IMG/VR virus record: IMGVR_UViG_3300030328_004798
Span: 5,543 to 69,542 of that record
DNA length: 64,000 bases
Direction: 5' to 3' (one strand)
Source: a virus
Part shown: piece after piece, positions 1-9,466 of the stretch
Position numbering within the stretch: position 1 is the stretch's first letter
How the letters are laid out: each line of letters begins with the position of its first letter
Notes under the pieces: model-generated
The model's input: only the letters and a program-made list of their open reading frames with translations
Databases searched by the model: none
Told to the model about the DNA's origin: nothing
Made by a program: the position numbers and the translations under genes

Positions 1-603
1 GAAATGGTTCCTCAATTACCTGGTCAATTAGTTATTAAAGAATTCCCAACAGGTAGAGCAACTATGTCAACTATTGAGTCGCATATTAATAAATGTTCTG
101 GTATGGGGGTTCGACCAGATTTAGTAATTATTGATTATGTAGACCTTCTCTCAGGAAAAAGAAAAACTCGTGAACGTAAAGACGAAATTGATGATATTTA
201 TAGCAGCGCAAAAGGATTAGCAAGGCAATTAAGCATACCTATTTGGTCTGTTTCACAGGTAAACAGAGCAGGTGCACAAGACAAAATTATAGAAGGAGAT
301 AAAGCAGCAGGATCATATGATAAAATGATGATTTCTGATTTCGCGATGTCCTTATCTAGAAAAAAAGAAGATAAAGTCAATGGCACCGGTCGTTTTCATA
401 TAATGAAAAATAGATATGGTATGGATGGCCTTACATTTTCTGTTAGTGCCGACACTTCAACAGGTCATTTTGAAGTATTTGATTATAAAGATAGTGAAGA
501 AGAAACATTAGCCCCAAAAACGGCTTCAAATAAATTTGACACAGATGTTGATAACTATGATAAGCAAATGTTATGGAAAAAATTAAAAGAATTTAAAAAA
601 TAA
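1..603 (+). CDS. DnaB/gp41-like replicative helicase, C-terminal part (5'-truncated by window edge)
   Basis: SF4 helicase motifs: IKEFPT, LVIIDYVDLL, WSVSQVNR, KNRYG; frame is open from base 1. Confidence 0.9.
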   Translation, partial: EMVPQLPGQLVIKEFPTGRATMSTIESHINKCSGMGVRPDLVIIDYVDLLSGKRKTRERKDEIDDIYSSAKGLARQLSIPIWSVSQVNRAGAQDKIIEGDKAAGSYDKMMISDFAMSLSRKKEDKVNGTGRFHIMKNRYGMDGLTFSVSADTSTGHFEVFDYKDSEEETLAPKTASNKFDTDVDNYDKQMLWKKLKEFKK

Positions 604-621
604 TTTATTAATATTAATTAA

Positions 622-1608
622 ATGGCAAAAAAATCATTAATGCAAGAAAGAATAGTTTATAAACCTTTTGAATATCCAAAAGCTTTTGACTTTTATATGA
701 AACAACAACAAGCACATTGGCTTTGGACTGAGGTACCTATGATGGCAGATGTAAATGATTGGAAACAAAATTTAACAGAAACAGAAAAAAATATTATTGG
801 TTCTATTTTAAAAGGGTTTGCTCAAACAGAAACTGTAGTAAATGATTATTGGTCTACTTTGGTTACAAAATGGTTTAGAAAACCAGAGGTTATAGCTATG
901 GCTGTTACTTTTGGTTGTTTTGAAACTATTCATGCTGAAGCTTATTCTTTATTAAATGAAGAATTAGGTTTAGATGATTTTGCTGAATTTTTAGAAGATG
1001 AAACAACAATGGCTAAAATAGAAAATTTAATGAATGTTAGAGATGATCATGAGGGTAATCCTGATTGGCATGAAAGAGCTAAATCTTTAGCTATATTTTC
1101 TGCATTTACAGAAGGTGTAAATTTATTTTCATCATTTGCTGTTTTATTGTCATTTAAATTAAGAAATTTACTTAAAGGTGTTGGGCAAATAGTAGAATGG
1201 AGTATTAGAGATGAATCATTACACTCAGAAGCAGGTTGTTGGTTATTTAGAACTTTACTTAAAGAACATCCTGAATTAGATACACCTGAATTAAAAACTC
1301 AAGTTGAGGAAGCAGCTAGATTATCTTTAAAGTTAGAATTAGATTTTATAGATAAAGTTTATGAAATGGGTGATTTAGAAGGATGTTCTAAATATGATTT
1401 AGTTTCATTTATAAAACATAGAGTAAATACTAAAATGGGTGATTTAGGATATGAACCTATTGTAAATGGTATTGACCAAGAAGCAGTACAAAGAATGAGT
1501 TGGTTTGATAGTTTATCAGCTGGAAAACAACACACAGATTTCTTTGCAAACAGAGTTACAAATTATTCAAAAGGAGTCCAAAATTGGGATTCATCAGCAT
1601 TATTTTAA
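622..1608 (+). CDS. nrdB: Ribonucleotide reductase class I beta subunit
   Basis: Di-iron ligand motifs ETIHAEAY, EGVNLFSSF, RDESLH; C-terminal HTDFFANRVTNYSK. Confidence 0.95.
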   Translation: MAKKSLMQERIVYKPFEYPKAFDFYMKQQQAHWLWTEVPMMADVNDWKQNLTETEKNIIGSILKGFAQTETVVNDYWSTLVTKWFRKPEVIAMAVTFGCFETIHAEAYSLLNEELGLDDFAEFLEDETTMAKIENLMNVRDDHEGNPDWHERAKSLAIFSAFTEGVNLFSSFAVLLSFKLRNLLKGVGQIVEWSIRDESLHSEAGCWLFRTLLKEHPELDTPELKTQVEEAARLSLKLELDFIDKVYEMGDLEGCSKYDLVSFIKHRVNTKMGDLGYEPIVNGIDQEAVQRMSWFDSLSAGKQHTDFFANRVTNYSKGVQNWDSSALF

Positions 1609-1609
1609 T

Positions 1610-1753
1610 ATGAGTGTAGTAGAAGAAGGAATATTAGTTTTAACTGTTTTAGGTACAATAATGGCCATGTTAATTGGTTCATTAGGTAATAAAGAAAAAG
1701 TAGGCTGTCAAAGCTTAAATTGTAAATGTAAATGTAAAAAAAATGGAAAATAA
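1610..1753 (+). CDS. Small membrane protein with Cys-rich tail (47 aa) between nrdB and nrdA
   Basis: ATG 1 nt after nrdB stop; hydrophobic N-half, tail CQSLNCKCKCKK; overlaps nrdA start (track ORF 1505 start is unlikely). Confidence 0.5.
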   Translation: MSVVEEGILVLTVLGTIMAMLIGSLGNKEKVGCQSLNCKCKCKKNGK

Positions 1754-3458
1754 CGCATTACAAGTAGATTATAGTGATTGGGAAGCAGGAAAAAATTATC
1801 CTGAATGGATGGATGAGATTTCATTAGCAACAATATCTAAGGGTTACCTTCTCCCAGGTGAAGACGTAAAAAAAGCGTATAGAAGAGTTGCTAAAGCAGC
1901 TGCATTTAGACTTAAAAAACCAGAAATGGAAGCTAAATTCTATAAAATAATATGGAATGGTTGGCTTGGATTAGCATCTCCTGTTATCTCTAATATGGGT
2001 ACAGATAGAGGCTTACCTATTTCTTGTTATGGTATTGATACTCCTGATTCAATTAGGGGAATAGGATTAACAAATGCTGAATTAATGAGATTAACTTCTA
2101 AAGGTGGTGGTGTTGGGATTGGTGTATCTCGTATTAGACCTAGAGGTACAGAAATAGCAGGTAATGGTAAATCTGAAGGTGTTGTTCCTTGGTGTAAAAT
2201 TTATGATTCTTCTATTATAGCAACAAATCAAGGTAATGTGAGAAGAGGGGCTGCATCAGTCAATTTAGATATTGAACATCCAGATATAGATGAATTTTTA
2301 CAAATAAGAAGACCAAAAGGGGATCCTAATAGACAATGCTTAAATTTACATCAATGTGTAGTTGTAGGAGATAATTTTATGCGTAAATTAGAAGCTAGAG
2401 AACCAGAAACGTTAAATACTTGGGCAACTATACTTAAAGCTAGAATGGAAACAGGAGAGCCTTATGTAATGTATAAAGATAATGTTAATAAAGATAACCC
2501 AATAGCATATAGGTTAAATAATTTAGAAGTTACTATGACTAATATATGCTCTGAGATTACATTATTTACAGATGAAGAACACTCATTTATTTGTTGTTTA
2601 TCTTCTTTAAATTTAGCTAAATATGAAGAATGGAAGGATACAGACACAGTTGAATTAGCAACTTGGTTTTTAGATGGTGTAATGCAAGAATTTATAGATA
2701 AATCTAATGGTAAAGATTCATTAAGAAGAACTCATTATCATGCTAAAAAAGGTAGAGCATTAGGTTTAGGTGTAATGGGTTGGCATACATTTTTACAACA
2801 AAAAGGACTACCATTTAATTCTATAGCTTCTACAGCACATACTCATAATATATTTTCTGATATAAGAAATAAAGCAGAAAAAGCATCAATGGAATTAGCT
2901 GTTGAGTATGGAGAACCTATGTGGTGTAGAGGAACAGGTATGAGAAATACTCATTTACTTGCTGTTGCTCCAACAGTCTCTAATTCTGTTATAACAGGTG
3001 GGATATCAGCTGGTATTGAACCCTTACCTGGGAATGTTTATACTTTTAATGGTGCTAAAGGTACTTTTATTAGAAAAAATAAAGTATTAGAAGCCTTACT
3101 GGAAGAAAAAAAGCAAAATAAAAATAAATGGTGGGAACAAATGTTACAAGATGGTGGATCAGTACAAAATCTCCCAGATAGTGTATTAACCCCTGATGAA
3201 AAAGAATTATTTTTAACGTTTTCTGAAATAAACCAATTAGAACTTGTACGACAAGCCGCGATAAGACAAAGATATATTGACCAAACTCAATCTCTGAATT
3301 TATCATTTGACCCCAATGATTCACCAAAATGGATAAATCAAGTACATATGGAAGCGTGGAAGCTTGGGATAAAAACACTCTATTATTTAAGAACTGACAG
3401 TGTGATAAAAGGTGATCTTGGCTCAAGAATGGCAGATTGTGTGAGTTGTGACGGGTAG
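1743..3458 (+). CDS. nrdA: Ribonucleotide reductase class I alpha subunit (short, no evident ATP-cone)
   Basis: LPISC, TNICSEI active site, APTVSNS, KTLYYLRT, C-terminal CVSCDG. Confidence 0.95.
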   Translation: MENNALQVDYSDWEAGKNYPEWMDEISLATISKGYLLPGEDVKKAYRRVAKAAAFRLKKPEMEAKFYKIIWNGWLGLASPVISNMGTDRGLPISCYGIDTPDSIRGIGLTNAELMRLTSKGGGVGIGVSRIRPRGTEIAGNGKSEGVVPWCKIYDSSIIATNQGNVRRGAASVNLDIEHPDIDEFLQIRRPKGDPNRQCLNLHQCVVVGDNFMRKLEAREPETLNTWATILKARMETGEPYVMYKDNVNKDNPIAYRLNNLEVTMTNICSEITLFTDEEHSFICCLSSLNLAKYEEWKDTDTVELATWFLDGVMQEFIDKSNGKDSLRRTHYHAKKGRALGLGVMGWHTFLQQKGLPFNSIASTAHTHNIFSDIRNKAEKASMELAVEYGEPMWCRGTGMRNTHLLAVAPTVSNSVITGGISAGIEPLPGNVYTFNGAKGTFIRKNKVLEALLEEKKQNKNKWWEQMLQDGGSVQNLPDSVLTPDEKELFLTFSEINQLELVRQAAIRQRYIDQTQSLNLSFDPNDSPKWINQVHMEAWKLGIKTLYYLRTDSVIKGDLGSRMADCVSCDG

Positions 3459-3460
3459 TC

Positions 3461-3470
3461 ATATGTATAA
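3461..3470 (+). promoter_or_regulatory. ATATGTATAA motif, putative late-type promoter (representative copy)
   Basis: Same ATAT(G/T)TATAA motif recurs in intergenic gaps ahead of genes (see findings). Confidence 0.5.
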
Positions 3471-3524
3471 CCGTTATTCTTCATAGTTGTTAGTTACATT
3501 TTGTTTAACTAAAATCATATTTTT

Positions 3525-3755
3525 ATGGAAATTTTAACTAAAATTGGCTCTTGGGCTAATAAACTGACTGAAATCGGAATTTCAGTTGTTGGACTCGGAA
3601 TAGTACTTGAAGTATTATTTGGCGGAGTAGGTATTCCTTTTTGGAATGATTTATCTATAGTAGATAATATTATGGGAATATTAGGCAGTCTTAACGCAGA
3701 AGGTTTACTTGGATTAGTAGGTGCCTTTGTATTATATTATATTATTAAGAAATAA
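3525..3755 (+). CDS. Small two-TM membrane protein, standalone transcription unit
   Basis: 76 aa with two hydrophobic Gly-rich helices; own upstream motif and downstream terminator. Confidence 0.8.
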   Translation: MEILTKIGSWANKLTEIGISVVGLGIVLEVLFGGVGIPFWNDLSIVDNIMGILGSLNAEGLLGLVGAFVLYYIIKK

Positions 3756-3780
3756 GCAAAGATTGCGGAAAAATTGAAGA

Positions 3781-3807
3781 AGGGATGCACTAGCATCCCT
3801 TTTTTTT
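3781..3807 (+). terminator. Rho-independent terminator
   Basis: AGGGATGC-ACTA-GCATCCCT followed by T-run. Confidence 0.9.
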
Positions 3808-3841
3808 ATATTTATAAATAAATTATTAAATAAATTTTATA

Positions 3842-6547
3842 ATGAAAAAATTATTATTATGGTTATGCTTAGCCTTACCTTTTATAGGCATATCCCAAAC
3901 ATATTCTGATACTCCAACTATTTTTAGAAGTAAACTTACAAATGCTATAGAATTAGGTACTATACCAGAAGATATAAGCATGTACATTATTTTTGATAAA
4001 TCAACAATAACAGCAACTACTGGAAATGTTAACCCAGCTTATTCTGAAATTGCTTTAGATGATGATGATGGGAATGGTATTTGGAGACAAGAAATTTATC
4101 TAGATATAACAGATCCATCTACTGATTTATATTTTGTTTATAAAATAGTAGATTCTGATGGTACAGAATATTATGAAGACACAGCGGAGTGTTTATTTTT
4201 AGGAACTGATTATGGTTTTACTGATGGTAGAGCAAGAAAATTAATACCTAGTGAAATCCCAGGAGATGGACAAGTTAAATTCTGTTGGGATACTTGTGAA
4301 TGGCAATGTCCTCCTCTTCCTTGTGAAACAGGATTAACAAATCCATCAGCAGACCAAACATGTATAAATGGTGGTCAAGCTATTATTTATTTTTCATGGG
4401 AAACAGAATGTGAGGTACAATCAGTAATTTACTCAAATGCTGAAGGAGCAGGTCCATTTGAATACCAAGTAAACCCAGATGCAGAACTTTTTGGTGTTTA
4501 TGCAGGGTATGGTCAAATGCCACCTAATTGGAGTGTAGAACATTATTTACAAGTAAAATTTACTGATGATTCTTTATCTGAAGAAATAGTTTATACTCCT
4601 GAACCTTGTATAGAAGGATGTACTGATCCAAATCAAGAATCTTATAATCCTTGGGCTACTATAGATGATGGTTCTTGTTCAGGGACAACTTGTGATACTG
4701 ATACACAATATCAAATTACAATGGAAATTACATTTGATAATTGGCCTAATGAAATTAGTTGGATTATGAATAGTGGTGGAATTATTGGAGAAGTTCCAAC
4801 TGGAGAATATGATTATAATGATATTGGGCAAACTTATACCTACAATTTCTGTATTGACCAAGATGCAGGATTTGAACTTATTGTAAATGATACTTATGGA
4901 GATGGTCTAGCTGGATCAACTTCAGGTGGTAGTTTAGATGGAGAAATAATAATATATGATTGTAATGGTGATATAATTTGGGAAATGGAAGACCCAGATT
5001 TCGGATCTACTTTATACTCAGGTCAACAGTTTGGTATACAATGTGAAGTAACAGAAGAAATTTATGGGTGTACAGACCCAGCTTATCAAGAATATAATCC
5101 TGATGCTAATATTGATGATGGTTCATGTGAAACATTACACATTATAGGATGTATGGATGAAAATTCAATTAATTATAATCCTGATGCTACATTACAAGAA
5201 ATAATACCAACATGTGATTATAACTTAATCTTAAAAGATGCCGCAGGAGATGGATGGGGTAATTCTTTTATAGGTATTACTCAAAATGATGTATCATTAG
5301 GAACTTATACAATGGGTCCTGGTTCACCAGAACAAGTATTTCCTTTAACCTTATCTTCATCACACTCAGTAAAAGTATATTATTTCCAAGTAGGTGGTCC
5401 ACAATCAACACCAGAAGAAGTACAATTCCAAACCTGGCATAATTCATTCTTAATAGAAGGATTAGATGGAGAAATATTAATAAGTGAAGGAGAAAACCCA
5501 TTTGAAAATAATGGTCAAGGTGCACTACAAAACTTTGAATCCCCATTCTTTATAACTTATGAAGCAATGCCATATTGTGGAGATGTTTGTATTCCAATAG
5601 TTGAAGGATGTATGACTGAAGGTTCTTTAAATTATAACCCAGATGCAAATGTAGATGATGGATCTTGTATACCTATTATCTATGGTTGTATGAATGAATT
5701 TGCATTCAATTATAACCCAGAAGCAACTGTTGATGATGGTTCTTGTGAAGATGAAATAGTAGGATGTATGGATCCAGCAGCATTCAATTATAACCCAGAT
5801 GCTAATACTCCTGGAGATTGTATTCCAGTTGTTGAAGGCTGTATGAATGAATTAGCATTTAACTATAATCCTAGTGCTAATGTAGATGATGGTTCTTGTG
5901 TACCTGTTATTTATGGTTGTACTGACCCTACAGCATTTAATTATAATGTAGATGCTAACACAGATAATGGTTCTTGTGTAGAAGTTGTTTATGGTTGTAC
6001 AGATCCAGATTCTGTTAATTATAATCCACTAGCTAATACTGATAATGGAAGTTGTATAACACCAATTGTTGGTTGTACAGATCCAAATTCTTATAATTAT
6101 GATCCTGACGCTAATGTATCAGATCCAGATGCTTGTTTATATGATGCAGGTTGTATTACTGGACCTGGTGAACCGTATTGGTTAAATAATAACTGTTACG
6201 CTTGGGTAATTGATGTAGATAATTATTGCTGTGATAATGATTGGGATCCAGTATGTCAAGAAATGTATAATTACTGTGAAAATGGGTGGCCTGATGGAAT
6301 TGATATAAATGGAAGATTCAATAGATTTAGTGGTATAATTGTTTATCCAAACCCATCTGCCAATATAATTAATATAAATTCAAATGGTTTAGACATAACA
6401 TACTCAGTTTTTGATGCGACAGGAAGAATCGTAATTGAAAATTCAAATAAAAACCAAATCGATCTATCAAATGTAGAATCAGGAGTTTATTTACTTACTG
6501 TTACTTATGAAGGTCAAACATTTAATAAAAAAATAATAAAACAATAA
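3842..6547 (+). CDS. Secreted acidic Cys-repeat protein with T9SS type A C-terminal sorting domain
   Basis: Sec signal MKKLLLWLCLALPFIGISQ; ten GC(T/M)xxxxxxYNPxAxxDxGSC-type repeats; C-terminus IVYPNPS...SGVYLLTV...KKIIKQ. Confidence 0.85.
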   Translation: MKKLLLWLCLALPFIGISQTYSDTPTIFRSKLTNAIELGTIPEDISMYIIFDKSTITATTGNVNPAYSEIALDDDDGNGIWRQEIYLDITDPSTDLYFVYKIVDSDGTEYYEDTAECLFLGTDYGFTDGRARKLIPSEIPGDGQVKFCWDTCEWQCPPLPCETGLTNPSADQTCINGGQAIIYFSWETECEVQSVIYSNAEGAGPFEYQVNPDAELFGVYAGYGQMPPNWSVEHYLQVKFTDDSLSEEIVYTPEPCIEGCTDPNQESYNPWATIDDGSCSGTTCDTDTQYQITMEITFDNWPNEISWIMNSGGIIGEVPTGEYDYNDIGQTYTYNFCIDQDAGFELIVNDTYGDGLAGSTSGGSLDGEIIIYDCNGDIIWEMEDPDFGSTLYSGQQFGIQCEVTEEIYGCTDPAYQEYNPDANIDDGSCETLHIIGCMDENSINYNPDATLQEIIPTCDYNLILKDAAGDGWGNSFIGITQNDVSLGTYTMGPGSPEQVFPLTLSSSHSVKVYYFQVGGPQSTPEEVQFQTWHNSFLIEGLDGEILISEGENPFENNGQGALQNFESPFFITYEAMPYCGDVCIPIVEGCMTEGSLNYNPDANVDDGSCIPIIYGCMNEFAFNYNPEATVDDGSCEDEIVGCMDPAAFNYNPDANTPGDCIPVVEGCMNELAFNYNPSANVDDGSCVPVIYGCTDPTAFNYNVDANTDNGSCVEVVYGCTDPDSVNYNPLANTDNGSCITPIVGCTDPNSYNYDPDANVSDPDACLYDAGCITGPGEPYWLNNNCYAWVIDVDNYCCDNDWDPVCQEMYNYCENGWPDGIDINGRFNRFSGIIVYPNPSANIININSNGLDITYSVFDATGRIVIENSNKNQIDLSNVESGVYLLTVTYEGQTFNKKIIKQ
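5600..6140 (+). repeat. Seven tandem ~26-aa Cys/Asp repeats within the T9SS cargo gene (approximate bounds)
   Basis: e.g. GCMTEGSLNYNPDANVDDGSC, GCTDPTAFNYNVDANTDNGSC. Confidence 0.85.
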
Positions 6548-6548
6548 A

Positions 6549-7622
6549 ATGAAAAAATTATTAATATTACTTTTAGTAATACCGTTTCTAGGTTTTAGTC
6601 AAGAAAATAAAGAACCTTCTAAATTTAAAAAAGATTTAAAAAAGACTTTTAAGTTTTCAACATTCTATGCAGCAGTAAATGGTGGTACTTCTTTATCAGA
6701 TAGAAATACTTTTACAGTAAATACTGGTGCTTTAGTATCTAATGTTATTGAAACACCTTTTGATTATTCTTTAGCATTAGGAATTAGAAAAATTGCAAGA
6801 TTTGATTACGAAAATAGAGCTAATGTATTTTATGATGGTACAGAATCTTCTTTTTCAGATCAAGCTAATGTTGGAAAAATAAAAGGATTTGAATTTTTAT
6901 TTGAAGGTGATTATAGAAGAATACAAGGAGTAAAATATTTAGATCAACACCATTTTATAAGATATGTAGCTGATGATTGGATTGCTAAGGTAGAATATTT
7001 ATCTAGTGGTTTTGTTGGGATAGAATATTTTGAAGCATCACAAAGATATAAAAGGAATATAACAAAAGAATTATCAATTAATGTAGGTTCGGCACAAAGA
7101 TTATCAGAACCCTATGGTTATGATCCTTTAGAAGAATGGATGCTTGCTAATGGAAACTTACATTATACTTATTTAGCAATCCAAGAAGGATATAGTGTTA
7201 ATTTTAACGGCCCAGGTAATACTGAGTATTTAGACCCTTCTGGAAATGTTGTTGCTAGTAGCACAGCAGTTTGGGAGGAAGTTATTATCCCACAAGTATT
7301 AGAAAATTATGTAGAAAAGAAAAAGAATCAAGCTGATTTAAAATTAGAATATTCTTTAATATTTGGACTAGACTATTACAAATATCAAAAAGATTTTTGG
7401 TTTCATGCTTGGGGTAATATAATGCCTTATCATGTTAAACAAAATAATACTTTTTCTTACCATAATTATAATGGAGGACAATGGATAGATTATTCTGGAG
7501 GTGTTATTTTTGGATATAAGTTAAATAAATCACTAGGACTATTCGCAGAAGGTACTTATAACAAATACTGGAATAGAAATTGGCATAAATTTTCTATGGG
7601 TGTAAATTATATAATTTTTTAA
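6549..7622 (+). CDS. Putative outer-membrane beta-barrel protein
   Basis: Signal peptide; aromatic-rich alternating strands; ends GVNYIIF (terminal Phe). Confidence 0.65.
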   Translation: MKKLLILLLVIPFLGFSQENKEPSKFKKDLKKTFKFSTFYAAVNGGTSLSDRNTFTVNTGALVSNVIETPFDYSLALGIRKIARFDYENRANVFYDGTESSFSDQANVGKIKGFEFLFEGDYRRIQGVKYLDQHHFIRYVADDWIAKVEYLSSGFVGIEYFEASQRYKRNITKELSINVGSAQRLSEPYGYDPLEEWMLANGNLHYTYLAIQEGYSVNFNGPGNTEYLDPSGNVVASSTAVWEEVIIPQVLENYVEKKKNQADLKLEYSLIFGLDYYKYQKDFWFHAWGNIMPYHVKQNNTFSYHNYNGGQWIDYSGGVIFGYKLNKSLGLFAEGTYNKYWNRNWHKFSMGVNYIIF

Positions 7623-7628
7623 TAAAAA

Positions 7629-7919
7629 ATGGCAAAAACAAAAGAACTAAGTGAAAATACCAGCTTTACGGTTAGCTTACAAACTTTAGGTGGCATTGCA
7701 GCTGCAATAGCAACTGTAATTGGAATGTGGTTTGCGCTTCAGGCAGATATAGCTGAAGCAAAAGAACTACCAGTTCCACCTCCACCAGATGTTACAAGAA
7801 TGGAGTATGATATGAAAGATCAATTAATCCGTCAAACAATCATGACAACACAAGAAGATGTAAAGGAGCTAAAGGAAGACATGAAACGTATTGAGGAAAA
7901 GATTGATGAATTAAGATAA
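7629..7919 (+). CDS. Single-TM coiled-coil protein
   Basis: TM LGGIAAAIATVIGMWFAL, Pro linker, heptad-like C-terminus. Confidence 0.75.
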   Translation: MAKTKELSENTSFTVSLQTLGGIAAAIATVIGMWFALQADIAEAKELPVPPPPDVTRMEYDMKDQLIRQTIMTTQEDVKELKEDMKRIEEKIDELR

Positions 7920-7925
7920 TCAATT

Positions 7926-8252
7926 ATGAAAAAAGCAATTTTATTATTACTTTTACTTACGAGCACCTCAATTTTTAGTCAAATAACTGTAACCCATTTT
8001 AATGCTGGATGGAATGGAGCAAATGACGTTAATTGGGTTGAATCATTAACAGATTGTGACGTAACTAAAGTTGATATAGCAAAAGACCCTGCAATCCAAA
8101 CAAAACATAATGTAGTAGTTGTTCCAACTATTATAGTTTTTCAAGATGGAGAAGAAGTAAAAAGATTCCAAGCGGATTTAAGTTTTAAAATTGCAGCAAC
8201 TAAAGAAGACCTTCAAGATTATATAGATGAACTCATAATGAGTGCATTTTAA
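7926..8252 (+). CDS. Exported thioredoxin-fold protein lacking CxxC
   Basis: Signal peptide; FNAGWNGAN in place of FxAxWCGPC; VVPTIIVFQDGEEVKRF. Confidence 0.7.
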   Translation: MKKAILLLLLLTSTSIFSQITVTHFNAGWNGANDVNWVESLTDCDVTKVDIAKDPAIQTKHNVVVVPTIIVFQDGEEVKRFQADLSFKIAATKEDLQDYIDELIMSAF

Positions 8253-8279
8253 TTTAATATGTATAATAAAAATCAAAAT

Positions 8280-8531
8280 ATGAAAAATTTAATTACAGTT
8301 TTATTATTAATTTTTACTTTATCCCTTTCAGCTCAACAAAAACCATCTAAAGAATGTGTAAAAGTTGTAGTTGAAAGATATGACCATGCTAGAGTAAGTG
8401 TTACTACAACTAATACATGTACTAATGTTATTAAAGTACAAACTTACTTATTAGTAGAATGGAATAAAATTCAAGCTGAGAAAAAAAGAAAATTAAGAAA
8501 AAGACGAGCTAAAAGAGTTAAAAAAGTATAA
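8280..8531 (+). CDS. Small exported basic protein
   Basis: Signal peptide from second Met (MKNLITVLLLIF); the 8259 ATG lies inside the ATATGTATAA motif. Confidence 0.6.
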   Translation: MKNLITVLLLIFTLSLSAQQKPSKECVKVVVERYDHARVSVTTTNTCTNVIKVQTYLLVEWNKIQAEKKRKLRKRRAKRVKKV

Positions 8532-8556
8532 ATAAGTTTTACTAAAGAGTTATATT

Positions 8557-8811
8557 ATGTTTAATTATTTAAAAAGTAAATGGATGGGATTCAAGAACTT
8601 ATTTGATGATAACAATAATATCAATGAAAAATCCGTAGTTGGATTTATTGCTTTTGCTGTAATGGTGTTATTTGCATTTACTGACTTACTAACAGGATAC
8701 ATAGGTAAAGATTTAGTTATTAATGAATTTATTTATGACTCTTTTGTTATAGTTGTACTAGGATGTTTTGGTATAGCTGAAGTTGGTAAAATATTTGGCA
8801 ATAGAAAATAA
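8557..8811 (+). CDS. Two-TM membrane protein, holin candidate
   Basis: Two TM helices, basic tail, immediately upstream of a putative peptidoglycan enzyme. Confidence 0.5.
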   Translation: MFNYLKSKWMGFKNLFDDNNNINEKSVVGFIAFAVMVLFAFTDLLTGYIGKDLVINEFIYDSFVIVVLGCFGIAEVGKIFGNRK

Positions 8812-8817
8812 TTTATT

Positions 8818-9426
8818 ATGAGTTGTTACACAAGAGAACAAATAGAAGCCACAATGGCTAGTAAAGGTTATAAATACTTTACTGGTGGTGATTATGATGT
8901 AAATATAGTAGGAGTAAGAAACTCTGAAACTAAAGGTAGAGTTACAAATGCATTTGATGATTGTATGACTGTGTCTTACAAAGTAGATGGTGAATGGAAT
9001 TTTCATTGTTTTAAATGTACCACAGACCCAGGTTCACATTGGGTAGAAAATATTATGAGAGAAGAGGGTGTTGCTATTCTTAAACCTGGTCAATATAGAG
9101 GTTCTCATAAATTAGGTTTACATCAAGGTAAATATTTAGCCCTAAGACAACAAAAACCAGTTAAAGTTTATAGAGATAATAACTTAGATAATAAACATGA
9201 CTTATTAGAAGAGTCAGTTCAAGAAGGAATTTTTGGTATAAACATACATAGAGCTACAGGCAGATCAGGTGGAAAATCTACAAGAGTAGATAAATGGTCC
9301 GCTGGTTGTCAGGTAATTGCTCATAATGATGATTGGCATATATTTTTAGATATTTGTCAATCTGCAAGAGAAGTTTGGGGTAATTCTTTTACATATACTC
9401 TATTAGAAAGTAAAGATATTGTATAA
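8818..9426 (+). CDS. YkuD/L,D-transpeptidase-like Cys enzyme, endolysin candidate
   Basis: GINIHRA...WSAGCQV resembles the HxX(14-17)SxGC catalytic motif. Confidence 0.6.
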   Translation: MSCYTREQIEATMASKGYKYFTGGDYDVNIVGVRNSETKGRVTNAFDDCMTVSYKVDGEWNFHCFKCTTDPGSHWVENIMREEGVAILKPGQYRGSHKLGLHQGKYLALRQQKPVKVYRDNNLDNKHDLLEESVQEGIFGINIHRATGRSGGKSTRVDKWSAGCQVIAHNDDWHIFLDICQSAREVWGNSFTYTLLESKDIV

Positions 9427-9466
9427 TAACTTGGCTTATTATTAACTCTTCCCTATATTTATAATC

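Noticed and set aside
3070-3462. 130-aa antisense ORF over the nrdA 3' end
   Set aside because: No recognisable motifs or minus-strand promoter, and it overlaps a highly conserved gene; probably a shadow ORF, although its length is somewhat unusual.
5600-6140. Diversity-generating retroelement template/variable repeats
   Set aside because: These are degenerate protein-level tandem repeats without adenine-specific differences, and no reverse transcriptase is present in the window.
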